Positions 17,662-27,628 of a stretch of 64,000 nucleotides of DNA are shown piece by piece. Under the pieces are notes generated by a model. The model did not search any database, was not told the origin of the DNA, and saw nothing but the letters and a program-made list of their open reading frames with translations. Each line of letters begins with the position of its first letter. Within the stretch, counting starts at the first letter, position 1. A program made the position numbers and the translations under genes. The stretch spans positions 1,273 through 65,272 of the forward strand of contig VMFT01000002.1 in the NCBI GenBank assembly GCA_007376195.1. The letters run 5' to 3'. The stretch comes from Parcubacteria group bacterium Gr01-1014_29. Lineage in GTDB: Bacteria > Patescibacteriota > Minisyncoccia > Ryanbacterales > 2-02-FULL-48-12.

Positions 17662-20586
17662 GTGTTGTCAGGCACCATGGAAAACATACAGAAAATAAAG
17701 AAACGCAACGGAGAGGTCGTAGAATTTGACCAGCATAAAATAACACTCGCGGTGCAAAATGCTTTTTTTGCAACGCGCGGGACGTTAGACGAGGCGCGTC
17801 TGCGCGCTATTACCGAGAACGTCGTTATTGAGCTTGTTGCTCTGTTTCCGTCCACCGAGCAGATTCCATCCGTTGAGAATGTGCAGGATATCGTGGAGCG
17901 CAAGATCATGGAGCAGGGCTTTTTTGATGTCGCAAAAGCCTATATTCTCTATCGGTATGATCATGCCAAAGAGCGGGAGGAGAAGAAAAAGGATACCTTG
18001 CGGCGCATTCAGGAAAATCAGATTACGATTATAAAACGGTCAGGCAAACCGGAGCCGTTTTCAATGGAAAAAATTCGTACATCGCTTCGCTATGCCGCGC
18101 GCGGCTGCCAAGACGCCGTGGATATAGAGAGGCTTGCGGAACAATGCCGTAACGAGGTGTATGACAACATGCCCACATCTGAAATTGCGCGCTCATTGGT
18201 GTTGGTTGCTCGATCGTTCATTGAGCTTGATCCGGCCTATTCAAAAGTGGCTGCCCGGCTGATGCTGGTAAAGCTCTACAAAGATATAATCGGCTCGAAG
18301 ATTGACTACGCCCGGCTCGATCAGCAGTACCGCGAGGCGTTTGTGCAGGTACTGCAACATGGCGTGGGCGTGGGAAAACTGGACAAGCGCATGCTGGAGT
18401 TTGATCTTGAAAAACTGGCTCTCCGCCTCAAGCCCGAACGCGACGATTTGTTGCGGTATCTGGGTGTGCAGCGGCTGTATGATCAATATTTTTTGAAAAA
18501 CGCGGAAACTCGGGATGTATTGGAAGCGCCGCAGATGTTTTGGATGCGCGTGGCGATGGGTCTGGCGCTGGGCGAGCAGGAAAAAACCAAATGGGCGGAA
18601 GAATTTTACGAAATACTCTCGATGCTCCGGTATGTGCCGTCGAGCCCCACGCTGTATCACGCGGGCATGGTGAAGGCGCAGTTGAGTTCGTGTTTTCTTT
18701 CCACGGTGGGGGACGACTTGCATGCGATTTTCAAATCATACGGCGACAGCGCGCATTTGTTGAAATGGGCAGGCGGCATGGGTATGGACTGGACTCCCGT
18801 GCGCGCCACTGGCGCTTTGGTGCGGAGCACCGGCGTGGAGTCGCAAGGCGTGGTGCCGTTTTTGAAAATAATGAACGACGTTACGATTTCCATAAACCGC
18901 AGCGGCAGGAAGCGGGGCGCGACGTGCGTGTATCTTGAAACTTGGCACTACGACATTGAGGACTTTCTGGAGCTTCGCAAGAATACGGGCGACGAGCGCC
19001 GCCGCACGCATGATATGAACACGGCCAACTGGATACCCGATCTTTTTATGAAGCGCGTGCGCGAAGACGGGGATTGGACACTTTTTTCATCGGAAGAAGT
19101 GCCGGATCTCCACGAAACATACGGCAGAAAATTCGAAGAGCGCTATATGGCATACGAACGGAAGGCCGATGAGGGGGGTATCCACATGTGGAAGCGTATG
19201 AAAGCGCGGGAGCTTTGGAAGAAAATGCTTGCCATGCTGTTTGAAACGGGTCATCCGTGGATTACATTTAAGGATCCATCCAACATCCGTTCGCCCCAAG
19301 ATCATGTGGGTGTTGTGCACAATTCAAACTTATGCACGGAGATAACGCTTAACAACTCCGCCGAAGAGACCGCGGTCTGCAATCTCGGCTGGATCAATTT
19401 CGCTGAGCACGTAACGGACGGTGTGTTTGACGAAGCAAAAGCGGCCCAAACCGTACGGCTTGGCATGCGCATGCTCGACAACGTTGTTGATTTGAACTAC
19501 TACCCCACAGTCGAAACCAAGCGGTCTAATATGCGCCATCGCCCGGTAGGATTTGGCATGGGCGGATTTCACGATGCGCTCTACCGGATGAATATACAAT
19601 TTGATTCGGAGGCGGCGGTTGAGTTTGCCGACCGCAGCATGGAGGTTATTGCGTATCACGCGTATCTTGCGTCTTCCCAGCTTGCGGCTGAGCGTAGCGC
19701 CTACGAGACATTCAAGGGTTCCAAATGGGATCGCGGCATCCTGCCGCAGGATACCTTGCAGCTTCTGGAGGAAGAGCGCGGCGAGCATATTCCCGTCTCG
19801 CGCCGAAGCTCGCTTGACTGGAGCGTGGTGCGCGACGCTATCAAACAATATGGCATGCGCAACTCCAACTGTCTTGCGGTGGCTCCCACAGCGTCCACAT
19901 CCAACGTGGTGGGGGCGATTCCTTCTATTGAACCGATTTACAAAAACATCTATGTAAAGTCGAATATGTCCGGGGACTTTACCGTGGTAAACGAGTACCT
20001 GGTGGAAGATTTAAAAAAGATCGGGTTGTGGAGCAGGGAGATGTTGAATAAAATTAAGTTTAAGGACGGCAATATTTCCAGCATCGCGGGCATTCCAGAT
20101 CATCTCAAAGAAAAATACAAAGAAGTGTTTCAGATAAATCCCAAGTGGCTTATTCGCGCGGCGGCTCATCGCGGCAAGTGGATAGATCAGAGCCAATCGC
20201 TGAACATTTTCTTTGCGGGTTCTTCCGGAAAGCAGATTTCTGAGATTTACCAGTATGCGTGGGAAATGGGCTTAAAGACTACGTATTATTTGCGTACACT
20301 TGCGGTCTCGCAGGTAGAAAAGTCTACCGTGAGCGCGGTAGAATACGGGTCCACCCACGTTCGTGTGCAAGAGACGGTTGCGGCCGCAACTCTCGCAGAG
20401 GGAATTGTGTCGCAGCAGGCGCAAGGTATGGATGCGGAGCGTATGGCAGTTAGCGAAAGGCCGGTATACTTGACACCCCACATCGAAGCGGCTGATATTC
20501 CGGAGTCGCCAGAGAGCAATCCCCTATCTGTACCACAGCCGAAACTGTGCAGTATCGAGGATCCAAGCTGTGAATCATGCCAGTAA
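17662..20586 (+). CDS. nrdA: ribonucleoside-diphosphate reductase alpha subunit, class I, with N-terminal ATP-cone
   Basis: ATP-cone at the N-terminus, NLCTEI, GGFHDALY, and a C-terminal CxxC tail (CESCQ). Start may be the Met at 17677. Confidence 0.8.
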   Translation: MLSGTMENIQKIKKRNGEVVEFDQHKITLAVQNAFFATRGTLDEARLRAITENVVIELVALFPSTEQIPSVENVQDIVERKIMEQGFFDVAKAYILYRYDHAKEREEKKKDTLRRIQENQITIIKRSGKPEPFSMEKIRTSLRYAARGCQDAVDIERLAEQCRNEVYDNMPTSEIARSLVLVARSFIELDPAYSKVAARLMLVKLYKDIIGSKIDYARLDQQYREAFVQVLQHGVGVGKLDKRMLEFDLEKLALRLKPERDDLLRYLGVQRLYDQYFLKNAETRDVLEAPQMFWMRVAMGLALGEQEKTKWAEEFYEILSMLRYVPSSPTLYHAGMVKAQLSSCFLSTVGDDLHAIFKSYGDSAHLLKWAGGMGMDWTPVRATGALVRSTGVESQGVVPFLKIMNDVTISINRSGRKRGATCVYLETWHYDIEDFLELRKNTGDERRRTHDMNTANWIPDLFMKRVREDGDWTLFSSEEVPDLHETYGRKFEERYMAYERKADEGGIHMWKRMKARELWKKMLAMLFETGHPWITFKDPSNIRSPQDHVGVVHNSNLCTEITLNNSAEETAVCNLGWINFAEHVTDGVFDEAKAAQTVRLGMRMLDNVVDLNYYPTVETKRSNMRHRPVGFGMGGFHDALYRMNIQFDSEAAVEFADRSMEVIAYHAYLASSQLAAERSAYETFKGSKWDRGILPQDTLQLLEEERGEHIPVSRRSSLDWSVVRDAIKQYGMRNSNCLAVAPTASTSNVVGAIPSIEPIYKNIYVKSNMSGDFTVVNEYLVEDLKKIGLWSREMLNKIKFKDGNISSIAGIPDHLKEKYKEVFQINPKWLIRAAAHRGKWIDQSQSLNIFFAGSSGKQISEIYQYAWEMGLKTTYYLRTLAVSQVEKSTVSAVEYGSTHVRVQETVAAATLAEGIVSQQAQGMDAERMAVSERPVYLTPHIEAADIPESPESNPLSVPQPKLCSIEDPSCESCQ

Positions 20587-20587
20587 A

Positions 20588-20676
20588 TTAGGCGCTAGGC
20601 ACTAGGCGTTAGGAACTAAGAAAGAAAAATATCTTTCTAGCATCCAGAGCCTAAAGCCTAAAGCCTAAAGCCTAAT
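20588..20676. repeat. intergenic palindromic element, ctaggc/cctaaag arrayed-heptamer type
   Basis: Left arm ttaggcgctaggcactaggcgttagg, right arm cctaaagcctaaagcctaaagcctaa, around an AT-rich centre that has its own inner palindrome. Confidence 0.5.
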
Positions 20677-20678
20677 CT

Positions 20679-21716
20679 ATGCCTATTCAAAAAACAACAG
20701 AACGCGTGAACAGTAATAAACGCCGCATCATCAACGGAGAAGACGCGGATGTAATGCAGTTATACCCCATTAAGCACAAATTTGCGTGGGATGCGTATAT
20801 AATAGGGAACGCCAACCATTGGTTGCCAACCGAAGTCAACATGCAGCGCGATGTTGAGCAGTGGAAGTCTCCGTATGTTCTTACGGCGGACGAGCGTCTT
20901 GCGCTGGAAACCGTGCTTGGGTTTTTCACCACAGCCGATTCTCTCGCGGCAAACAACCTGGTGCTTGCCTCCTATAAGCACATCACTTCGCCCGAATGCC
21001 GGCTGTATTTATTGCGTCAGGCCTATGAAGAGGCAATCCATACGCATGCGTATCAATACATTGTAGAAAGCCTGGGTATGGATGAAGGGCGCCTGTTCAA
21101 CATGTACCGCGAGCATGATGCAATTTACAACAAAGACGCGTTTATCCTTACGTTTAACGAAGGCATTTTTGACCCTCACTTCAAAACCGGCACATTCGCG
21201 TCGGATCAGAAGTTTCTTGAGAACATGGTTGTGTTTTCAATTATTCTTGAAGGCATCTTTTTTTACAGCGCGTTTGCCGTTATGTTCGGGTTCCAGCGGC
21301 AAAATAAAATGGTTGGCGCGGCCGAGGAGATCCAATACATCATGCGCGATGAGTCTATGCACCTTAACTTCGGGATTAACGTTATAAATACTATAAAACA
21401 GGAGCAGCCGGAGTTGTGGACAAAGGATTTCCAGGAGCATGTCATGGAGCTTGTGAAAACAGCTGTTGTGCTTGAATCCACATTCGCGGCAAGCGTGTTT
21501 CCACACGGCATTTTCGGCATGAACGCCGATGGATTTCGTCAGTATATACAACATATTGCGGACCGCCGGCTGCAGCGGATAGGTCTTCTGGCAGCATATG
21601 GCAGTCAGAACCCATTTCCGTGGATGTCCGAAGCCATTGACCTTTCCAAGGAAAAAAATTTCTTTGAGACGCGCGTTATTGAATATCAGACCGGTGGCGC
21701 GTTAGAATGGGAATAG
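20679..21716 (+). CDS. nrdB: ribonucleoside-diphosphate reductase beta subunit
   Basis: Ferritin-like di-iron motifs (EAIHTHAY, ESMHLNF) and a C-terminal tail; directly follows nrdA. Confidence 0.75.
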   Translation: MPIQKTTERVNSNKRRIINGEDADVMQLYPIKHKFAWDAYIIGNANHWLPTEVNMQRDVEQWKSPYVLTADERLALETVLGFFTTADSLAANNLVLASYKHITSPECRLYLLRQAYEEAIHTHAYQYIVESLGMDEGRLFNMYREHDAIYNKDAFILTFNEGIFDPHFKTGTFASDQKFLENMVVFSIILEGIFFYSAFAVMFGFQRQNKMVGAAEEIQYIMRDESMHLNFGINVINTIKQEQPELWTKDFQEHVMELVKTAVVLESTFAASVFPHGIFGMNADGFRQYIQHIADRRLQRIGLLAAYGSQNPFPWMSEAIDLSKEKNFFETRVIEYQTGGALEWE

Positions 21717-21790
21717 GAATCAACGAATAGCGAATCAGAAACGAATTTACGAATGAGGTGAATTAAGCTAAAAATAAGTCCTATTCGTTG
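21717..21790. repeat. acgaat-type TIR element (cargo-less copy) related to the GxxExxY cassette ends
   Basis: atcaacgaatagcgaatcagaaacgaatttacgaatg ... cctattcgttgat. The ends resemble the 30-bp TIRs at 38552 and 38984. Confidence 0.4.
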
Positions 21791-21800
21791 ATAAAATATT

Positions 21801-23177
21801 ATGCCTACCCAACCTCACCTAAAGTATCTCACGCCGGAAAAATTTCTCAACACGATTCTTGAAGAAGCGGTGCGCGACCGCGCGTCTGATGTGCACATTG
21901 AGCCCTTGGTAGATGAATTGCGGGTGCGCTTTCGTATTGATGGATACTTGCAGGAGCGTTACCACCGGCCGCTTATGGAAATTGAGCCGTTAGTAACGCG
22001 CATCAAGGCTATTTCCGATCTTGATCTTGCAACGCGCCTTCCGCAGGACGGTCATTTTGAGTTTAGTGTAGAGCTTTCAGAAAGCGCCAAAAACAACACA
22101 CAAGAAGCTACGCAGCCCGTTGTGGAAATGCGCGAGCCGCCGTCGCGTCTGGCAGACGCGTTCTCGTCACTCTTTAGCACAGGCAAACAAGAAGACGAGT
22201 TGGAACAGATTGTTTCTTCCCAGCCGGATAAAAAAGATGTAACAGAAATCAAAGGGACGCAAAAAACGCGCCCCGCGGGCGTGTATGTGCTTAATGTGCG
22301 TGTGTCGGTGTTTCCTACGGTCTATGGTGAGGCGGTTGTGTTTCGGTTGCTTAACCGCAGCGACATGCTTATCTCGCTTTCAGGTCTTGGTATGGAAGCA
22401 AGTGACCTTGCCGCCATGCGTGATCTTATTACTCGTACGTATGGCATGGTGCTTACCACGGGACCTTCCGGCTCCGGCAAGACCACGACGCTGTACGCGA
22501 TTCTTCAAGAGCTTAAAAACAAAGAAAAAAACATTATCACGCTAGAAGATCCGGTCGAGTTTTATTTTGGTGATATCCGGCAAACCCAGATTCGGCCCGA
22601 ACAAGGGCTTACGTACGCGGTAGGCATGCGTTCTGTTTTGCGTCAGGACCCCGACGTTATTATGATAGGTGAAATCCGTGATCGTGAAACGGCTGAACAC
22701 GCCATGCGCGCATCGTTGGTGGGACGCATGGTTGGCTCCACGGTTCACTCTAATACAGCTGTCGGTACCATCGCGCGCTTGATCGATATGAATGTTGAGC
22801 GCAGTCTTATCGCGTTTGCGCTAAACGGCATCATCGACCAGCGGCTAGTGCGCAAGGTATGCGATGTATGCGCCGCATCGTATGCTCCTGATCCTGCAGC
22901 GCTCCGGCGTATTGGTATTGCAGATGGCATGAAGGGTACGTTTCGCAAGGGTAGCGGATGCGCGGAGTGCGGCAGTACGGGCTTTAACGGACGCACAGGT
23001 GTGTTTGGTATTCTTGTTATGGATGACGAGTTGCAGTCTTTAATTGTGGAGCGTTCTCCCATGCGGGCGTTGCAGGAGTACATGGAAAAATCTGACATGG
23101 CAACATTGCGCCAGCGCATAGCGGAAAAAGTGCTCGCGGGTGTTATCACCGCTGAAGAAGCCGCCCGTGCGGTGTGA
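21801..23177 (+). CDS. type II/IV secretion system ATPase (PilB/GspE family)
   Basis: Walker A GPSGSGKTTT, Asp box, His box, and tetracysteine CDVC...CAEC. Confidence 0.7.
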   Translation: MPTQPHLKYLTPEKFLNTILEEAVRDRASDVHIEPLVDELRVRFRIDGYLQERYHRPLMEIEPLVTRIKAISDLDLATRLPQDGHFEFSVELSESAKNNTQEATQPVVEMREPPSRLADAFSSLFSTGKQEDELEQIVSSQPDKKDVTEIKGTQKTRPAGVYVLNVRVSVFPTVYGEAVVFRLLNRSDMLISLSGLGMEASDLAAMRDLITRTYGMVLTTGPSGSGKTTTLYAILQELKNKEKNIITLEDPVEFYFGDIRQTQIRPEQGLTYAVGMRSVLRQDPDVIMIGEIRDRETAEHAMRASLVGRMVGSTVHSNTAVGTIARLIDMNVERSLIAFALNGIIDQRLVRKVCDVCAASYAPDPAALRRIGIADGMKGTFRKGSGCAECGSTGFNGRTGVFGILVMDDELQSLIVERSPMRALQEYMEKSDMATLRQRIAEKVLAGVITAEEAARAV

Positions 23178-23409
23178 TATACAGTAGAACGAAACTCAAA
23201 AGAAGCGTTTTCGGACGTGCTCTCAAAATTAAAAAATCTCCTCGTGCCGTTACAAGTTAATTTTTACTATGTCAGTCATCAAAAAATGCTTTCAAGTAAT
23301 GCTTTTGTAGCTATTTGGTGTAGTTGATGTAACTTGTAACGGTACTCGCATCAAAAATGCGGGAGATGACGTGATTGCGCGTTAGACAATGTTGTAGTAC
23401 ATTGAAAAC

Positions 23410-23643
23410 ATGCCTACTCTTACAATCCCAAAAAAACTTACGAAAGGCGAAGACCTTGTAGTGATTCCGCGTAAGGAATACGAGGAGCTTTTGCGTGTTC
23501 AGCAGTCGATGCCAGAGAAAGTAAAAACATTTAAGCCGACTGCTAGTGAAAAGAAAGCTATCGCGGAAGCGCGTAAACGATTTGCGAAAGGCGAATATCT
23601 CACTCTCGAAGAGCTTCGTCATGAGCTGGCGCTTAATCGTTGA
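23410..23643 (+). CDS. antitoxin of a RelE/ParE module (77 aa)
   Basis: Small protein whose 3' end overlaps the toxin start by 23 nt. Confidence 0.45.
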   Translation: MPTLTIPKKLTKGEDLVVIPRKEYEELLRVQQSMPEKVKTFKPTASEKKAIAEARKRFAKGEYLTLEELRHELALNR

Positions 23644-23878
23644 TAAATCGGTAAGTAAAGAATTAAAACGCGTACCGCGCAAAATAGCTACGCGCGTTTT
23701 TTCTGTTATAGAGCATTTGGTTGAAGACCCTTTCTTTGGGGATATTGAAAAAATGGAAGGAGAAGATTTTGTGTGGCGTCGGCGTGTCGGTAGTTACAGG
23801 ATTTTTTATGAAGTACTGCAACGTGAGAAATTAATCCGAATTACGAATGTGAAACGGAGAACTTCAAAGACATATTAA
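23621..23878 (+). CDS. RelE/ParE-family toxin
   Basis: ...DPFFGDIEKMEGEDFVWRRRVGSYRIFYEV...LIRITNVKRR matches the RelE/ParE consensus. Confidence 0.5.
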   Translation: MSWRLIVDKSVSKELKRVPRKIATRVFSVIEHLVEDPFFGDIEKMEGEDFVWRRRVGSYRIFYEVLQREKLIRITNVKRRTSKTY

Positions 23879-23883
23879 GAATC

Positions 23884-23925
23884 ATAAAAAATCTCCTCGC
23901 ATCCAAGATGCGGGAGATGATGTAA
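23884..23925 (-). terminator. bidirectional hairpin; rho-independent terminator for nth on the minus strand
   Basis: tctcctcgcatc-caag-atgcgggaga; the minus strand has TTTTTTAT after the stem. Confidence 0.45.
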
Positions 23926-23964
23926 TTTACCGTTGTGTGGCATTATGTCAAGGTGAAAATATTC

Positions 23965-24678
23965 CTATACAAGTGCTGAGGGGCAGAGTTTATTAAGGGG
24001 GCACTCCACGCATTTGGGACGTTGCGCGATGCAGATTGCGCGGCCGTGGTTTATCAAGCGATAGGTGAGGCTAAACCAATTCTTTTTCGGGAAGAGCGTC
24101 ATCAAGTCTTTTTCAATTTTTACAGGATCGGTTTGTTTCGTAAAACCAAGCCGTTGAGAGAGGCGTATCATATGCGTGTCTATGGCGATGCCTTCTACTA
24201 CGCCGTAGGCGTTTCCCAGCACCACATTCGCGGTTTTGCGGGCTACTCCGGGCAAGGTAAGCAAGTCCTGCATGGTATGAGGAAGTTTTCCGTTGAAGGT
24301 ATCCTGGATTTTTTTACATGCCCTAATGATATGTTTTGTTTTTGCATGATAGAATCCCGATGGACGTATCTCTCTTTCAAATAGTGACGGTTTCGCATGC
24401 GCAAAGTCTTTCGCGGTTTTATATTTTTTGAAAAGGGGTACGGTAACTTCGTTCACTTTTTTGTCGGTGCATTGGGCCGAAAGTATAACAGCCACGAGAA
24501 GTTGGATATTGTTTCCATATTTCAACGCGATTTTTGCATTCGGGTACGTTTTGGTAAGCACCCGAACTATTTGCGTCGCGCGTTTTTTCTTGTCGGCGAC
24601 GGGTTCCGTTTTGATCCACGGTTTTGTATACATTTGAAATTTTTCCATAATTTTTTCAGATGTTTTTATTTTACACAA
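23965..24678 (-). CDS. nth: endonuclease III
   Basis: HhH-GPD motif LPGVARKTANVVL and [4Fe-4S] cluster C-x6-C-x2-C-x5-C at the C-terminus. Confidence 0.75.
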   Translation of the reverse strand: MCKIKTSEKIMEKFQMYTKPWIKTEPVADKKKRATQIVRVLTKTYPNAKIALKYGNNIQLLVAVILSAQCTDKKVNEVTVPLFKKYKTAKDFAHAKPSLFEREIRPSGFYHAKTKHIIRACKKIQDTFNGKLPHTMQDLLTLPGVARKTANVVLGNAYGVVEGIAIDTHMIRLSQRLGFTKQTDPVKIEKDLMTLFPKKNWFSLTYRLINHGRAICIAQRPKCVECPLNKLCPSALV

Positions 24679-24723
24679 TATATGATACTATGTGAAAGCA
24701 AGCATATATTCTAGATAAAATTT

Positions 24724-25317
24724 ATGCAAACATTTATCAAATACATCGTAGTACTTGGTATCATTACAGGCGCTGTTTTTTTGCTTTCGCGTAGCACTAT
24801 TTCACTAAAAGAAGAAGGCACAAGAGCGTCTGAACCATCACTCACTGCTGATATACAGACAAATTTCGGGATGATTACCGTGGAGCTTTTCCCGGAGGAT
24901 GCGCCGAAAACGGTAGAGAATTTTATCAAACTCGCCGAATCAAAGTTTTATGATGGCACAAAACTCCATCGCATCATCAAAAATTTTATGATTCAAGGCG
25001 GAGATCCAAACAGCAAAGATACTGATTGGTCTGATGACGGCAAAGGCGGGCCTGGCTACGCGTTTGAAGATGAATTTAACGAACACAAAGTGGTGCGTGG
25101 CGCGCTCGCCATGGCCAATTCCGGACCTAACACAAACGGCAGTCAGTTTTTTGTCGTGACTGCCAAGGAAACCCCGTGGCTCGACGGAAAGCATACCGTA
25201 TTCGGTCGTGTGGTAAGGGGCATGGAAATAATCGATAAAATAGAATTGATGGCCACAAATGAAAAAGATCATCCGCTGGAGGACGTAGTGATTGAGAACA
25301 TAGCGATACCACGGTGA
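24724..25317 (+). CDS. cyclophilin-type peptidyl-prolyl cis-trans isomerase with N-terminal membrane anchor
   Basis: HRIIKNFMIQGGD, GYAFEDEF, ALAMANSGPNTNGSQFF. Confidence 0.75.
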   Translation: MQTFIKYIVVLGIITGAVFLLSRSTISLKEEGTRASEPSLTADIQTNFGMITVELFPEDAPKTVENFIKLAESKFYDGTKLHRIIKNFMIQGGDPNSKDTDWSDDGKGGPGYAFEDEFNEHKVVRGALAMANSGPNTNGSQFFVVTAKETPWLDGKHTVFGRVVRGMEIIDKIELMATNEKDHPLEDVVIENIAIPR

Positions 25318-26018
25318 CCATGGAACAACAGGTTCGAAAACACAATAAAAGCGGCGAGTACCTAAAAGATGTCGTGTATGGCGCAAACGACGGTGTTATT
25401 ACGACGTTTGCAGTTGTCGCGGGCGTTGCGGGAGCAGGTCTTGATAGCGCTATTGTTGTTTTGTTGGGGCTTGCAAATTTGCTGGCTGATGGATTTTCCA
25501 TGGCCGCGTCAAACTATCTGGGCAGCAAGTCCGAGCGCGACTATGTCATGCGTGAACGAGATACGGAAGAAATGGAATTGCATGCTGAACCGAAAAGGGA
25601 ACACACAGAGATGTTTGGCTATCTGCGGCGCAAGGGATACGCCCAACAAGATGCCAAAGCTTTGCTTTCACTGCTTTCAAAAAACAAAAGCTTGTGGCTT
25701 GATATTATGAGTCATGAGGAACTTGGCATAAGTCCACCGAATGGCGCAAGTACACCCGTTCGCGCCGCGCGGGCGACTTTTTTTTCGTTTGTGTTTGCCG
25801 GCGCTGTGCCGCTTATACCGTATATGGTTTTTACCGGTGGCGACTTGTTTAGTATCGCTTCCTGGAGCACCGCCGTTGTTTTGTTTACGATTGGCGCGGC
25901 GCGGTCATTGTTTACCGATCAACGATGGTATACTGCGGGATTTGAAATGTTGTGTGTTGGTGGAACCGCGGCGTTGATCGCCTATAGCGTCGGTTATTTG
26001 CTAAGCGTGATGCTGTAA
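25314..26018 (+). CDS. VIT1/CCC1-family Fe/Mn transporter
   Basis: YLKDVVYGANDGVITTFAVVAGV and C-terminal TM helices. Confidence 0.6.
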   Translation: MTMEQQVRKHNKSGEYLKDVVYGANDGVITTFAVVAGVAGAGLDSAIVVLLGLANLLADGFSMAASNYLGSKSERDYVMRERDTEEMELHAEPKREHTEMFGYLRRKGYAQQDAKALLSLLSKNKSLWLDIMSHEELGISPPNGASTPVRAARATFFSFVFAGAVPLIPYMVFTGGDLFSIASWSTAVVLFTIGAARSLFTDQRWYTAGFEMLCVGGTAALIAYSVGYLLSVML

Positions 26019-26028
26019 TGGCGTTTTG

Positions 26029-27123
26029 TTATTTCCGTTCTTCAAGATGTGCGTGAGCAATTCTGCGTTTTGCGCCTTCGCTCAAGACGCCAAATCGCAC
26101 TTCGTCTCCTATGGTGAGTCCTTCAAGCATGTCTTCGAGGGTTTCTTTTTCGGTGATACGCTTTTTATTGCATGTAAGAATAATATCGCCTTCTCGGAGC
26201 CCCGCCTTAGCCGCAGCACTCCCGGGAACAATCGCATGGTCTCCGGGAAACGCTTCTTTAAGGATCAATGCGCCATGCGTAACCGGAAGCCCAAAACGAT
26301 CCGCGATGCGCTTGTTCAAGAGCACATAACGTACGCCCAGAAACGGCCGGCGAATGCGGCCATGCTGGGTTATGTCGTCGAGATCGCGCTTTGCCTTTAT
26401 TACGGGAATGGCAAAGCCGATGTTTTGCGCCCCAAATACAATAGCAACGTTGATACCAATGACATTGCCATCCAAGTCAATAAGCGGGCCGCCGGAGTTT
26501 CCCGGGTTTATGGCCGCGTCGGTTTGGATAAGGCCGCGGAGCCGTTCTTGGCGGCCGGACATATCGGTAATTGCCGAGATAAGGCGCGAGAGGCCGGAGA
26601 TGACGCCGGTGGAGACCGAGTTTTTAAATTCACCGAGCGCGTTGCCGATGGCGATCACCGTCTGCCCCAGCTCAAGCGGTTTTTCTTCGGCAAGCGATAC
26701 AACAGGAAGTTCCGGTAGCGTGCGCCCGCGCATCTCAATTTTAAGAATTGCAACGTCGTGAATGGGATCGCGCGCAACTATTGATACGGGGTATGACTGG
26801 TCGTTGTGCAGGACCGCAGTATATTCCGCTTCTGGGTCCGCGACTACATGGCGGTTTGTAAGAATGATGCCAGTTTTATTCACCAGAAACCCCGAGCCGC
26901 CGCCAAGCCGCACCTTGCCGTCGTCGGTGGTGGGAATGTCATCAGGAATTTCTTCGCTATCCATACCCATGCCGGGTGTGGCTTCTCCAAACGGTGATAC
27001 ACCAAAGGGGGCGAGTTTGCGGGCGGCTTCCTGCAACGCTTGCCAGTCTTTTGCCGCGGTAATGGATACTACGGCGGGCATGACTTTTTTAACTGCCTCT
27101 ACAATTTGTTCTTCGTATGTCAT
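26029..27123 (-). CDS. HtrA/DegP-family serine protease with PDZ domain
   Basis: GNSGGPLIDLDGNVIGIN and the catalytic His/Asp regions; C-terminal PDZ-like segment. Confidence 0.75.
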   Translation of the reverse strand: MTYEEQIVEAVKKVMPAVVSITAAKDWQALQEAARKLAPFGVSPFGEATPGMGMDSEEIPDDIPTTDDGKVRLGGGSGFLVNKTGIILTNRHVVADPEAEYTAVLHNDQSYPVSIVARDPIHDVAILKIEMRGRTLPELPVVSLAEEKPLELGQTVIAIGNALGEFKNSVSTGVISGLSRLISAITDMSGRQERLRGLIQTDAAINPGNSGGPLIDLDGNVIGINVAIVFGAQNIGFAIPVIKAKRDLDDITQHGRIRRPFLGVRYVLLNKRIADRFGLPVTHGALILKEAFPGDHAIVPGSAAAKAGLREGDIILTCNKKRITEKETLEDMLEGLTIGDEVRFGVLSEGAKRRIAHAHLEERK

Positions 27124-27201
27124 ATAGATAAGTATACTTGCAAATAGATAAGTAAGCTAGTATAGTAGGGGCGGATATGCGAAAGAAGAAAGGAGATACA
27201 G

Positions 27202-27564
27202 ATGGAAACAGGAATATATGAAAATGAACTGTTTGAATCGTATGTGCTGTTACCCGAGCAAGTTACCTCTTTGGCAGCAGCAGATTCTCCCGAACATCGG
27301 TTCATGCGGGTCGTGTTGGAAGATGCACTCAAGGGATATCAGAGATATAAAGACAAGAAATCTCTGAGAGCGCGGCGGTTGTTTCAGGAAGATGAGAAGT
27401 GGTTTCGGTCTGCTGACGTGTCGTGGCCGTTTTCTTTTGAAAATATCTGCATGGCGCTGGGTCTAGATGCCCAAGCAGTGAGGAAAGAGCTTTTCAGAAA
27501 GGATTCCAAAGTGAAAGTGCCAATGATTAACTTGATCACCTATCACCGCACAAAAATTGGATAG
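27202..27564 (+). CDS. hypothetical protein
   Basis: ORF only. Confidence 0.3.
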   Translation: METGIYENELFESYVLLPEQVTSLAAADSPEHRFMRVVLEDALKGYQRYKDKKSLRARRLFQEDEKWFRSADVSWPFSFENICMALGLDAQAVRKELFRKDSKVKVPMINLITYHRTKIG

Positions 27565-27628
27565 GTTTCACATGCGCTGCCAAATTGTGGCGGTGCTTTT
27601 TTGTTCCGTTTTCTGGTACAATACACTC

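Noticed and set aside
18241-18723. 160-aa minus-strand ORF, plus others at 19330-19848 and 20272-20519.
   Set aside because: Antisense to nrdA; no RBS or motifs.
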